In this document: positions 13,538 to 25,901 of the stretch, piece by piece
How positions within the stretch are numbered: the first letter of the stretch is position 1
Layout of the letters: the number at the start of each line of letters is the position of its first letter
Assembly (NCBI GenBank): GCA_964016885.1
Contig: OZ024747.1
Location: 10,788,001 to 10,852,000 of the forward strand
Direction: 5' to 3'
Length of the DNA: 64,000 nucleotides
From: Eledone cirrhosa
Lineage: Eukaryota
Position numbers and translations under genes: made by a program
Notes under the pieces: generated by a model
What the model was told of the DNA's origin: nothing
Databases searched by the model: none
Seen by the model: the letters and a program-made list of their open reading frames with translations, nothing else

Positions 13538-13699
13538 TATGTCGATATGGATGCAGTCAGTGAAAAATAGCGACTCTTAGGATGAGAAGGAACATTTGAA
13601 GGAATAGGTTCAGATTAGACATTCTTTTGGAAATATGGGGGGGGGGGGGGGGGGAAGAAAGGGAGAGAAAAATCCAAAGATTTGTTTTGTTGTCAAAAC

Positions 13700-14000
13700 C
13701 AAAATCGTTGGAAGCCGTATATTTTATTCCAGCCGGCATCAATGGAACAATCGTTGTATTGTCAATTTGAAATAGGAGACCCACATAAACAACAATATTG
13801 TAATTGAGGAGTAATACGTGTTGCCAGAATGAATGAAAATAGACTCTCCTCCCCCCTAATTGAATAATCTTCAGCGAATTTGGAACCACTCGGAAAAGAC
13901 CACTCGGATGTTCTCTTGGTCGCTACAAAAGACTTATTGAAGTCAACTCTCATGCTGACGAAAAACGAGCGAAATTTGTTTGAAATCATTGCACGAGTAG
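13700..14000 (+). mobile_element. RTE-like LINE ORF2 C-terminal relic
   Basis: Frameshifted RVARMNENRL..IIFSEF..GKRPLGCSLGRYKDLLKSTL matches the RTE consensus HVxRMxxxRLPKxxxYxELxxGKRxxGRPxxRYKDxLK. Confidence 0.65.
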
Positions 14001-14127
14001 CTTTTGGAAGTCGATACAATGTGAACTGGGATGTGAATATTGGATAACAATGCTGGATATTGTGGAAGGTATGTATGTGTGTATGTATGTACACACACAC
14101 ACACACTTATATATATATATATATATA

Positions 14128-15048
14128 TAAAACATGAGAAGAAAGAAGAATACTGCGTGGTTTGCACATGGGTTACATATGATAAAAATAGTCCTTCGTC
14201 AGTGATTTTCCAACCATCATTGGTATTTCATCGCATTAAAAATCAGATACCTCAGGTTGGTGCGAGCAATAACTAAAAAAAGTTTTGGGGACCAGAATTC
14301 GCGTAAGGCGAGGGGGACAAGTAAACAACATAGAAGGATAAAAGCAAACCGAAGATAGGAAAATAAACAAGCAGCATGGTTGTCCGGTCAGCATAAGCTG
14401 GGTAGATTTCATGAACGAGAGAGGTACAGACCGTGTTGATGTATATATATATATATATATATAGGACTATTTTTATCATATGTAACCCATGTGCAACCAC
14501 GCAGTATTCTTCTTTCTTCTCATGTTTTTTTATATATATTTACCTCGGCTGCGTTTGTCTGTTTCTCTCTTACTGCTTCCCCGCTCTCTCTGTTTCTCTC
14601 ACCTTCTTTCGCCCCCTCTGTCAGTTGCACTTTCTCTCGACTGACCGCTTCCTCGCACTTCCACTCACTCACTCTCTGTTTCTCCCCTTCTCACTTCCTC
14701 CCGTTTAGCTTGTAGTGGGTCTCTTCTTGCTTACATCTCACTCACGTCGGACGGTCTGTGTCTTGAACGCTCATAAAATCCACCCAGCTTATGCTGACCG
14801 GATAACCATGTTGCTTGTTTATTTTCCTATCTTTGGTTTGCTTTTATCCTTCTATGTTGTTTACTTGTCCCCCTCGCTTTACGCGATTTACTGGTCACAA
14901 TAACTTTTTTAGTTATTGCTCGCACCAACCTGAGGTATATGATTTTTAATGCGATGAAATACCAATGATGGTTGGCAAATCACTGACGAAGGACTATTTT
15001 TATCATATGTAACCCATGTGCAACCACGCAGTATTCTTCTTTCTTCTC

Positions 15049-15056
<8 letters not shown>
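14128..15056. mobile_element. Penelope-like fold-back structure with ~290-bp inverted arms
   Basis: 14128-14420 is the reverse complement of ~14765-15056; third partial terminal copy at 14463-14530; bounded by (TA)n. Confidence 0.75.
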
Positions 15057-15105
<49 letters not shown>

Positions 15106-15244
15106 CGAAGGAAGTGTGGTAAGGAACCAGGTGGACCATAACGCACCAGAGTACTCGATACTTTGGGTAGTAGAGTGGGTAATAGGTCCAGAAATAGCCG
15201 TCGAAATGGCTTGAGCTCAGCCGTCGGGGTTTTGACTCTTTTCC

Positions 15245-15347
<103 letters not shown>

Positions 15348-15425
15348 ATGTATATATATATATATATATGTGTGTGTGTAAAAGGTGAACAGAAATAACA
15401 ACACAATCGGTACAGTATATGGAAG

Positions 15426-15470
<45 letters not shown>

Positions 15471-15477
15471 TACATAT

Positions 15478-15802
15478 GTAATATGCAGAAAAGGCGTAGG
15501 CATAAACTCCATACAATGTACACATTGTAAATTTGTAGTACATGGTAGTGAAACATGGGCTGTGACTGCAGAGGACATGTGGTGCTACATGGTAGTGAAA
15601 CATGGGCTGTGACTGCAGAGGACATGTGGTGCTACATGGTAGTGAAACATGGGCTGTGACTGCAGAGGACATATGGTGCTACATGGTAATGAAACATGGG
15701 CTGTGACTGCAGAGGACATGTGGTGCTACATGGTAGTGAAACATGGGCTGTGACTGCAGAGGACATGCGTAGACTGGAGAGAAATGAAGCAACCATGAGA
15801 CG
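15478..15802 (+). mobile_element. RTE-like LINE ORF2 relic with internal 47-bp x5 tandem array
   Basis: CRKGVGINSIQCTHCK fused to HGSETWAVTAEDM repeated (units start 15541, 15588, 15635, 15682, 15729), then RRLERNEATM; YGSETW is a conserved RTE motif. Confidence 0.8.
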
Positions 15803-15809
15803 TCCAATA

Positions 15810-16088
15810 CATACATTTAGACGCCTGAAGAAATCCAGCAATTTTCTGATCGGGAGGAAGACACTCTTGACTGTTGTTTCAACCCACAACCAACGAATTA
15901 CCGCCGAAGTCTAGAAAGATCGTCCATATTTGGAGAACCAAACCTTTCCGAAACAACAGAGCCACCTCACATTCCGATCCGAGCCTCCTTTGACTAAGAG
16001 AATCGTACAACTTGGAGTAACCGAAAATATAAGCACAAAGACACGCACGTCTTCTGGAAAGCTTGGTCTTACTAATGGCTACCATATC
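15810..16088 (-). mobile_element. L1/Tx1-like AP-endonuclease N-terminal relic
   Basis: VAISKTKL...VALLFRKGLVLQIWTIFLDFGG...DFFRRL resembles the APE motifs xxxQET, GVAILF, DxxGR and FFxxL. Confidence 0.5.
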
Positions 16089-16199
16089 TATATCTACTAA
16101 TCTGAGATCGCTATTCCACCCATACCCCGCTTATTTCACCCCCAATTATTTGGGACCCGAGTGTAGATAGATATTATATAAAATGTTATATCATCACAT

Positions 16200-16348
16200 T
16201 GGTGGATTGGCAGTATCGGTAGAGGGTCGGGCGCCATGCTTTGCAGCATAGAGTTACGGTCCTTTACGGTCTGAGTTCAAATTCCGCCGAGGTTAACTTT
16301 GCCTTTCATCCTTACGGGGTCGATAAAATAAAGTACCAGTAATGTACC
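16200..16348 (+). mobile_element. tRNA-derived Nin-like SINE
   Basis: Same head and domain as 137-320. Confidence 0.88.
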
Positions 16349-17371
16349 ACACCCTCACACACAACCCGCACTCACCCACACCCACTCACATACCCCACAC
16401 CCCCCGTCCACATACCCTCACACCCCCATCCCCCCATCCCCCCACATACCCCCACACTCCTGCCTGACCCCATACCCCGCACCCACTCACACCCCCACAC
16501 CCGTCCACACACTCACATACCCCCCCCCCCCCCCCCCCCCCCTCCCCTCACACCCAACATCCACCCATACACCCCACATACCTCCCACATGCCCCACACT
16601 CCTGCCTATCCCCCATACCCCGCACCCACTCACACACCCCACACCCGTCCACACACTCACACCCACTCACATACCCCTCCCCCCACATCCCACCCCCACC
16701 CACACTAGCTGTGTGATAGGTGTATGGTTATTGAATCGAACGAAATTTTGTTTTATTTCGAACCGTAAAGTAAAAGATATTTCAATGTTGTTTCCCATGG
16801 CGGGGGGGGGGGGGGGGGGACATCAAGTACCAGTAATTGGCTGTGTCGATATGTTATATTGATAAAGACATCCTAGATGTGAACGGAAATTATAATAGAA
16901 AGGAGGAGGACGACGAGGAGGAGGAGGAGAAAGAAGAGGAGACAGAAGAAGAAGAAAAAGAAGAAAAAGAAAAAGAAAAAGAAAAAGAAGAAGAAGAAGA
17001 AGAAGAAGAAGAAGAAGAAGAAGAAGAAGAAGAAGAAGAACGTGGTAGGAGGAAGAGCCGGAAGAAGGAGACGGAAAATGAGTAGAAGGAAGAGGAAAGG
17101 AAAAGAAGAAAAAGAAGGAAGAAGCTGGAAGAACGGAGAGGAAATAAGAAGAAGCAGGAGGTGTTTTTATGACAATGGAAGAGGAAGGAAATACAGAAGA
17201 CAGAAAAGAGGAAACTAAAAAACAGAGACGAAAATATGTCGTTTACTGACACTAACGTTAATTGCTCGGACTGTCGTTGTTTTGTTTCGTAAGGTATAAC
17301 AGACGACATTTATAGATGAATATCAGACAACAGACGACAATCACTGAAACATAACAGACGATAGTTGTAGT

Positions 17372-17520
17372 GATAGAGGAGAAATAACAGACGATAGTTA
17401 TAGTTATAGGAGAAATAACAGACGATAGTTATAGTTATAGGAGAAATAACAGACGATAGTTATAGTGATAGGAGAAATAACACGATAATTATAGGAGAAA
17501 TAACAGACGATAGTAATAGT
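17372..17520. repeat. ~29-bp tandem repeat (GAAATAACAGACGATAGTTATAGTTATAG)
   Basis: About 5 copies visible. Confidence 0.8.
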
Positions 17521-17879
17521 GAATATACAACAGACGTAGAAAAATAAGAGACGTCAGAAGAAAAATGTGAAAGATGAGGGAGATGAGTAACAAAAAAAAA
17601 AAGAAAAGTAAGTAGGGGAAAATTAGGGGGAAAAAAGGGACAGAATTAGAAGGAAGAAAAACAATGAAGAAAAGAAGAAGTATATAAGTATTAAAACGAC
17701 TAAGAGAAAACGGGGACAAAAGATGAGAGGAGACGAGAGTCGGAAATCTGGAAGACAGAAGACGGAGAAAACATATTTTGAAGATTAGAAGAAAGAAGGA
17801 AAAAAACAAACAGACTAAGATAGAAAGAGGAAAGGAAGAGAACAAAAAGAAGATACAACAGCCAAACAAACTCGACCTG

Positions 17880-18090
17880 TCCCTCCCTCTTCATTCGGTA
17901 ACAATAGCATCGCCCGTGTGACCTGATACGCAACAGTACTCGGACTCTGATTGGTTCAGGCGGCCGGGTCACGTGCTAGTCTAGACATTTTGGCGCGGTT
18001 CGCTCTGTCTTTCAGTGATTGTTGCACAAATATCGGGATCAAATTTCAGACTGGCTCCACTGAAAAACTCGTTCCGAACGAGGCCGCAAA
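17880..18090. promoter_or_regulatory. Candidate promoter: CpG-rich island with CCAAT box, E-box and E2F site
   Basis: CTGATTGGTT (17947-17956), GGTCACGTG (17967-17975) and TTTTGGCGCG (17987-17996) within 50 bp of non-repetitive CpG-rich sequence. Confidence 0.5.
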
Positions 18091-18111
18091 ACGAAAAACA
18101 AATGACACACA

Positions 18112-18358
18112 CACATTTACAAGCTCGTTTGAACAAACACATTTTAACATTGATACGGATATGTTGTCGTGCGAACACATACACACGTTTATTTATAAGC
18201 TTGTTTGAACATACACACACATGTATTTACAAGCTCGTTTAAACACACGCATACACACATGTATTTACAAGCTCGTTTAAACGCACACGCACACATATGT
18301 ACTTACAAGCTCGTTTGAACATTCACACACACATACGCGTACGTACAAGCCCGTTTGA

Positions 18359-18394
<36 letters not shown>

Positions 18395-18640
18395 GCGCGT
18401 ATTTACAAGCTCGTTTAAACACACACACGTGTTTTTATAATCTCGTTTAAACACACACATGCATTTACAAGCTCGTTTGAACACACACACACACACAGAT
18501 GCACTTGCAAGCTCGTTTGAACACACACTGATTATTTACAAGCTCGTTTAAACACACACTTTAACGTACACAGTCATATATGAACACGTTCACGCACATA
18601 CACACATACATATATATCTTTACAAGTTCGCTTCAACAGA
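18112..18640. repeat. Degenerate array of ATTTACAAGCTCGTTT(A/G)AAC separated by variable (CA)n spacers
   Basis: About 11 copies of the motif. Confidence 0.85.
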
Positions 18641-19494
18641 TGCACACTTTAATACACATTCTCGTATGCGTTTTAGCACACGCAGGTATTAATACACATA
18701 CGCATTCGTGCTCGCTTGAACGCATATTTACGCTTTAAAGCATACACACACACATGTATTCGCAGGGAGCGCATACACACACACACACGTATATTCACAA
18801 AGCCGTTTGCTCAGGGTTATAGAGTTGGTTGCGTGTAGTACACACACATACATCCACCGCAATCACATGAACACACACACACATAGGTTCGCCGGGTTTT
18901 AACATATACATATACACACATATAAAGCGTGCATATCATGAGTTGATGTGCGAGCGCGCGTGTCTGTGTATGCGTGCATGTGTGTGTGTGTATGCGTGCA
19001 TGTGTGTGTGTATGCGTGCGTGTGTGTATGTATGTTAGTGTGCGTACGTGTGTGTGTGTGTCTGTGTCTGTGTGTCAGGTCTAATGGCCATCTTGGTCAC
19101 GTATTCTACGATATAAATGCCGTACATTTAATTCTATACACGTAAGTTATTTTTCGTATTGTTATCGTCTTAATACTTCAAGGACAGCTTTTGACTACTA
19201 TTTTGTCAGACATTACTGTGACACTGAATGGACCAACAGTACCGTCCATGTCCATTTCGATGACCACCGAATTAGTCCTTCTTGCCAATATTATAAGGGC
19301 GGCAGTATCGGTAGAGGGTCGGACGCCATGCTTTGACGCATAGTTACGGCCCTTGCTATTCTGAGTTCAAATCCCGCCGAGATTAACTTTGCCTTTCCTC
19401 CTTACGGGGTCGATAAAATAAAGTACCAGTAATGTACTGAGTAATTGCTGGCCTTGTGCCAATAGTAGAAACAATTATATATACATATATATAT

Positions 19495-19765
19495 ATAATA
19501 CATGAATATGGACTGAGAAGGTCGAGGTTGCGTAAACGAGTGTTAGAAAGAAAAGGGAACTCATCAAACAAGAGATAGACATTTCCCTTCATCAGTTGTC
19601 ACAGATGTTTCGGTCTATCATGTGCTGAAACATCTGTAACCTGTAGTAGAGAACTGATGAAGGGAAAATGTTTATCTCTTGTTTGTGTTCCCTTTACTTT
19701 CTAACACTCGGTACCAGTAACCACGCAACCCCGACCTTCTCAGTCCATATTCATGTATTATATAT
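19495..19765. mobile_element. Fold-back element with hammerhead-like core fragments
   Basis: 19495-19615 is inverted at 19626-19765; contains GAAACATCTGT...CTGATGAAGGG. Confidence 0.6.
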
Positions 19766-20384
19766 ATTAACTTTGCCTTTCATCCTTACGGGGGTCGATA
19801 AAATAAAGTATCAGTAATGCACTGGGATAATTGCTGGCCTTGAGCCAAAAGTAGAAACAATTATATTCGTAATTTTACAATAAACGTACGGCATATTGTT
19901 GGGAAATATTTGGTTATCGTATTAAAGGCTTCAACATATTATATTATTTAAAACTAGGTCGATATAAGTTATAGATATTAATAATTGTTTCTACTTTTGG
20001 CACAAGGCCAGCAAATACCCATTACATTACTGGTACTTTATTTTATCGACACTGTAAGGATGAAAGGCAAAGTTAACCTCGGCGGGATTTGAACTCAGTC
20101 CGTAAAGGGACGTAATTCTGTGCTGCAAAGCATCGCGTCCGACCCTCTACCGATACTGCCAATCCGCCACTTAGATATTAATAATTGTTTCTACTTATGG
20201 CACAAGGCCAGCAATTACCCAGTGCATTACTGGTACTTTATTTTATCGACTTCGTAAGGATGAAAGGCAAAGTCAACCTCAGCGTGATTTGAACTCAGAT
20301 CGTAAAGGGACGTAACTATGCTGGAAAGCATGGCGTCCGATCCTCTACCGATACTGCCAATCCACCGCCCTGTAAATGGTATAT

Positions 20385-20465
20385 AATAAGTTTTATGCAG
20401 GGGTTCCTTGAGACATGAAAACTATTTCAAGGGTTCCACACGGGTAAAAAGGTTGAGAAACGCTG
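20385..20465 (-). mobile_element. hAT/Charlie-like element terminus
   Basis: Minus strand begins CAGCGTTTCTCAACCTTTT, the Charlie-type TIR pattern; partner end not found. Confidence 0.5.
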
Positions 20466-21357
20466 ATCTAAACGATGCTAAGTTAAAAAAATATATATTA
20501 AGATCTTGGTTAAGTAAAAAATACAAATATATATATATATATATATATATATGTGTACTAAGTAATTAATAAATATAACTTTTTTTTCAACATTCAAAGA
20601 CAGTTTATTTTATTTTATTTGTTTTGTTTGTTTGTTTTTTTCATTAGTATTTTTTTTAATGAAATAAACATTTTCAGCAGAAAAAAAAAAAAAATCCCGG
20701 AACACGACTCTGTGGGAGAATGAGGCTCAGGTTTCACATTTGTGGTGTACTTTTCTATAAATGACAGCTGGAAGTAACTTTTAAGGAATGACAGTGTAAA
20801 CCTTTAATTCCACTGTAAATACTTATGTGTATAGTTAACATGAAAAATAGAATTTAGTTTTAATCCTAACGTGAATAATAATAATAATAATAATGGTTTC
20901 TGATTTAGGCACCAGGCCAACCATTTTTTGTGGGGAGGGGAAAACGATTAAATCGACCCGAGTGCATTACTGGTACTTTATTCTATCAATCCCGTAAGGA
21001 TGAAAGGCAAAGTTAAGCTCGACGGAATTTAAGCTCAGAACGTTAAGGGCCTTAACCCTATGCTGGAAGGAATGTTGTCCGACGCTCGACTGATTATTGC
21101 TAAGCCACCACGACTAATAATTATGTTTGAGAAGTTTAAAAATAAGAGCAAATAATAATTTATATTAAAGTAAGTAATTTTGAGATTAGTGTTTAGGGAA
21201 ATGAAATAGGACCAAGTGGGACAAATGTGTCAGACAGTTATGAAAATCAAATTTCGTTATTTTTTTAGAGAACTTCAGATTTGGTGTCAGTGATAAAAAT
21301 ATCGTGTGTGTCTATAGAGATGTATATGTGTGCATGTATGTATGTATATATATATAT

Positions 21358-21433
<76 letters not shown>

Positions 21434-21907
21434 TTTACTAAGCTTCCATATATATATATGTGGAAGCTTAGTAAAATCGAAGCTTTGGTTGTGGGCAAGC
21501 AAAGTCGACCTACACTATGAATGAGTTAGCAATGCACTTAATAAGGGTAACAACATACGTTTAAATAGCTTGACGAATTGAACATTGTGGTAGGCAAAAC
21601 CTATCACACAATACCAGAGCAACGAAAAAAAAATATATATACATATATTATATCTATATATATACATACATTTATATATATATATATATATATATATCCA
21701 GAGAGTGTAACTTGGAGTTACTGTAGGTTCACTTCTGTGTCGAGGTGTAGAGCTAGATAGTGTATTATAGTAAAATAAAATAAAACAAGGACGATTGGTT
21801 ACTAGATCGATACAGATCGAACCTTGAGCTGATCAGTGGCGAAACGCGCGTCACCAACCAATAAACGTAATGAAGGAGTAACCAATGGTCCTTGTTTTAT
21901 TTTATTT

Positions 21908-22019
<112 letters not shown>

Positions 22020-22325
22020 ATATATATATAAAATTACAAAATATATACCTATTTTTTCTTCAAAGTCCCGACTGCAGTTCCGCCGATCCGTGTGCACCGA
22101 ATCCTGCGCTTTAAAAGTGCATCATCGCTGTGAGGTTGATAGGGCTTATCAAGAGACCCCTCGGAAAAATGGACTGTTTCCTGACGTGCTTACAGCAAGT
22201 GAGAAAGTCTCAGAGGCGGAGGGAGAGATTAACACGTGATTGTACGTGTGTGTGTGTATAAGGAAAAGTATTTGAAAATGTAAGTCTTTTAAGAATATTT
22301 ATTTACTTTACCGGTTTCACAGTTC

Positions 22326-23248
22326 TTATTCCTGAGAGGTTCGTTCGGTCAGAGTCCTCAAACACTCCTTCCAGCAGGTCCAGTCAGAAGCAACCGTTTC
22401 CAAGTGATCCGGATGGATCTCCAAACAAGACCAGACAAGCTCATGGATGTTATCCAACCATCTTATCTCGGGGTCTAACCCTAGGTCTTCTGCCAGTTAG
22501 TTTGTCCGTAAAATCTGTCCAGCGATTCTTTCCTGAGACATTTAACCACATGCCTGTAATATCAGAGCTGTGATCTCTCAATTTGTAGAAGTAACAACTC
22601 TACCTGGAGTGATTCTCTGATCTCCAAGCTACAAATCTGTCCAGCGATTCTTTCCTGGAACATTCTAACCACATGCCTGTAATATCAGAGCTGTGATCTC
22701 TCAATTTGTAGAAGTAACAACTCTACCTGGAGTGATTCTCTGATCTCCAAGCTACAAATCTGTCCAGCGATTCTTTCCTGGAACATTCTAACCACATGCC
22801 TGTAATATCAGAGCTGTGATCTCTCAATTTGTAGAAGTAACAACTCTACCTGGAGTGATTCTCTGATCTCCAAGCTACAAATCTGTCCAGCGATTCTTTC
22901 CTGGAACATTCTAACCACATGCCTGTAATATCAGAGCTGTGATCTCTCAATTTGTAGAAGTAACAACTCTACCTGGAGTGATTCTCTGATCTCCAAGCTA
23001 CAAATCTGTCCAGCGATTCTTTCCTGGAACATTCTAACCACATGCCTGTAATATCAGAGCTGTGATCTCTCAATTTGTAGAAGTAACAACTCTACCTGGA
23101 GTGATTCTCTGATCTCCAAGCTACAAATCTGTCCAGCGATTCTTTCCTGGAACATTCTAACCACATGCCTGTAATATCAGAGCTGTGATCTCTCAATTTG
23201 TAGAAGTAGTGGGTCTACCTGGAGTGACTCTCTGATCTCCAAGCTACG
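22326..23248 (-). mobile_element. RTE-like LINE 3' end containing a 123-bp x6 tandem array (22511-23248)
   Basis: Minus strand SLEIRESLQVELLLLQIERSQL*YYRHVVRMFQERIAGQI repeated, then RWLDNIHEL...TVASDWTCWKECLRTLTERTSQE*. Confidence 0.82.
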
Positions 23249-23292
23249 TACTTATTTCTTTTTTCTTCTTTTTGTTTGTTTGTTTCTGGCTA

Positions 23293-23394
23293 CTATAAAT
23301 TGCTTGTCAGTGTAATAAAAACATCAATTTTTCCATATTTTGACCGCGTTGCCATTGTATCTTGTTCACATTCTTTCGTCTAGCGAAGTGATAG
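23293..23394 (-). mobile_element. Helitron Rep-domain relic (motif 1 region)
   Basis: SLR*TKECEQDTMATRSKYGKIDVFITLTSNL versus Helitron consensus SPRYMxxxYQDAMAxxxxYGKPDLFITFTCNP. Confidence 0.7.
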
Positions 23395-23450
23395 CTGAAA
23401 TAAACATGTCAACATTACAGTGTACCTTACACTGCTTTATTTAGAACATT

Positions 23451-23572
23451 AGCAAGGTGTGACCCTCGCCAGCTGGACTGGCTGCTCTTCCAACGCGTCT
23501 CCCTCACCATCCTCCGGGGAAACGCCGACTTTATTCTGTCTGCCGGGGCAGCGGGGAGGCCAGTGTGTGGGC
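23451..23572 (+). mobile_element. 3' fragment of RLE-type (CRE-like) retrotransposon
   Basis: RCDPRQLDWLLFQRVSLTILRGNADFILSAG; homologous to 26080-26185. Confidence 0.72.
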
Positions 23573-23589
23573 CCTCTTTTGCTTATAAT

Positions 23590-24355
23590 AGTGAGAGATG
23601 GGGAGAGCGGGAGAGATGGGGAGGGCAAGAGAGAGATGGGGAGAGCGAGAGAGACGGAGACAGTGAGTGAAAGAGAGAGATGGGGAGAGTGAGAGAGACG
23701 GAGACAGTGAGGGATAGAGAGATGGGGAGAGTGAGAGAGACGGAAGCAGTGAGTGAGAAAGAGATGGGGAGAGTGAGAGAGACGGAGATAGAGAGGGATA
23801 GAGAGAGATGAGGAGAGTGAGAGAGACGGAAGCAGTGAGAGAGAGAGAGATGAGGAGAGTGAGAGAGACGGAAGCAGTGAGTGAGAGAGACGGAGATAGA
23901 GAGTGATAGAGAGAGATGAGGAGAGTGAGAGAGACGGAAGCAGTGAGTGAGAGAGAGATGGGGAGAGTGAGAGAGATGTGGAGGGCAAGAGAGAGATGGG
24001 GAGAGTGAGAGAGACAGAGGCAGTGAGGGATAGAGAGAGATAGGGAGAGCGAGAGAGATGGGGAGGACAAGAGAGAGGTGGGGAGAGCGAGAGAGACGGG
24101 GGCAGTGAGTGAAAGAGAGAGAGATGGGGAGAGTGAGAGGGACAGAGGCAGTGAAGGATAGAGAGAGATAGGGAGAGCGAGAGAGACCGGGGCAGTGAGT
24201 GAAAGAGAGAGAGATGGGGAAAGCGAGAGAGACGGGGGCAGTGAGTGAAAGAGAGAGAGATGGGGAGAGTGAGAGGGACAGAGGCAGTGAGGGAAAGAGA
24301 GAGATGGGGAGAGTGAGAGGGACAGAGGCAGTGAGGGAAAGAGAGAGAGAGAGAA
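23590..24355. repeat. GA-rich degenerate minisatellite
   Basis: Reiterated GAGATGGGGAGAGTGAGAGAGACGGAAGCAGTGA variants. Confidence 0.9.
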
Positions 24356-24406
24356 CATCAACACTTATTTACTTATTTATTTATTTGTCCTTACCACATA
24401 AATAGG

Positions 24407-24764
24407 TACTCTCGGGGTCCCAAATAATAGGGGCGGCTGGAAGAAGCGGGGGGTTGGGGTGGAATAGACGGGTGTGGGGCGGTATCGGTGATTATATAAT
24501 GTACGTTCGTAAATATGGGATTTCTTGTAACGTTCTTCTTTTGTCATATATAATGTCTTTTTAATGTAAAATAAAATTACATTAGATTCTCCAGCTGCTG
24601 TATCAATATGAATCATTTACAATAATATTTCGTCAGAGATAGATTAGCAAAATTTAATAAGCGGGGTGGGGGTTGGAGTGGGATGGAAAAATCTGAAAAA
24701 TGAATAAGCGGTTTTGTGTGTGTGTGTGTGAGGGGGGGGGGGGGTATTATTCAAGGCGCGAGAG
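24407..24764. mobile_element. Putative MITE with imperfect TIRs
   Basis: CTCTCGGGGTCCCAAATAATA ... TATTATTCAAGGCGCGAGAG; a related end lies at 16140-16165. Confidence 0.45.
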
Positions 24765-24967
24765 AAGCTGAATCTAAGTCGTCTTCTGTTATATTGGTTA
24801 TCTCCCTTGGTAGCAGAAACTGTTAAACACTGCAAGAGATCCATTAAAGTATTTCTTTGTGTTTCATTAATACTTGATAGTATTCTGGAGAACATTAGTA
24901 AGATGAGCAGCGAGTTCAGTACAATTGTCATCACTTATACCTTTTAACGTGGAGAACCTGTTCCATT

Positions 24968-25775
24968 CTAACCCTCTCCAGACCTGCCTAACCCTCTCCA
25001 GACCTGCCTAACTCTCTCCAGACCTGCCTAACCCTCTCCAGACCTGCCTAACTCTCTCCAGACCTGCCTAACCCTCTCCAGACCTGCCTAACCCTCTCCA
25101 GACCTGCCTAACTCTCTCCAGACCTGCCTAACCCTCTCCAGACCTGCCTAACCCTCTCCAGACCTGCCTAACCCTCTCCAGACCTGCCTAACTCTCTCCA
25201 GACCTGCCAAACCCTCTCCAGACCTGCCTAACTCTCTCCAGACCTGCCTAACCCTCTCCAGACCTGCCTAACCCTCTCCAGACCTGCCTAACCCTCTCCA
25301 GACCTGCCTAACCCTCTCCAGACCTGCCTAACTCTCTCCAGACCTGCCTAACCCTCTCCAGACCTGCCTAACTCTCTCCAGACCTGCCTAACCCTCTCCA
25401 GACCTGCCTAACCCTCTCCAGACCTGCCTAACTCTCTCCAGACCTGCCTAACCCTCTCCAGACCTGCCTAACCCTCTCCAGACCTGCCTAACCCTCTCCA
25501 GACCTGCCTAACTCTCTCCAGACCTGCCAAACCCTCTCCAGACCTGCCTAACCCTCTCCAGACCTGCCTAACCCTCTCTAGACCTGCCTAACTCTCTCCA
25601 GACCTGCCTAACCCTCTCCAGACCTGCCTAACCCTCTCCAGACCTGCCTAACCCTCTCCAGACCTGCCTAACCCTAACCAGACCTGCCTAACCCTCTCCA
25701 GACCTGCCTAACCCTCTCCAGACCTGCCTAACTCTCTCCAGACCTGCCTAACCCTCTCCAGACCTGCCAACCTCT
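24968..25775. repeat. 20-bp minisatellite (ACCCTCTCCAGACCTGCCTA), ~40 copies
   Basis: Directly visible. Confidence 0.98.
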
Positions 25776-25901
25776 AAAAACTCAAACGGGGAGTACCATG
25801 AAAAAAAAGTGCCCCAAAACGGAGAGAAATGAGGCAAAATGGGGAGATTTTGCCTAATGAAAGCAATATTTAATTATAAAGTAAACAACACAATATAACT
25901 A

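Larger units (their letters stand above)
19296..21110. mobile_element. Cluster of five Nin-like SINE copies in both orientations
   Basis: 19296-19475 +, 19768-19862 +, 19982-20170 -, 20181-20370 -, 20895-21110 - (diverged). Confidence 0.88.

Noticed and set aside
20690-20815. Possible minus-strand terminal exon (TTTACAG|..ELKVYTVIP*) with downstream AATAAA
   Set aside because: Too short, no recognisable homology, and AATAAA is common in this AT-rich DNA.
24765-24960. Coding-looking minus-strand segment (KGISDDNCTELAAHLTNVLQ..)
   Set aside because: Stops or no recognisable motif in the frames examined; cannot assign without BLASTx.
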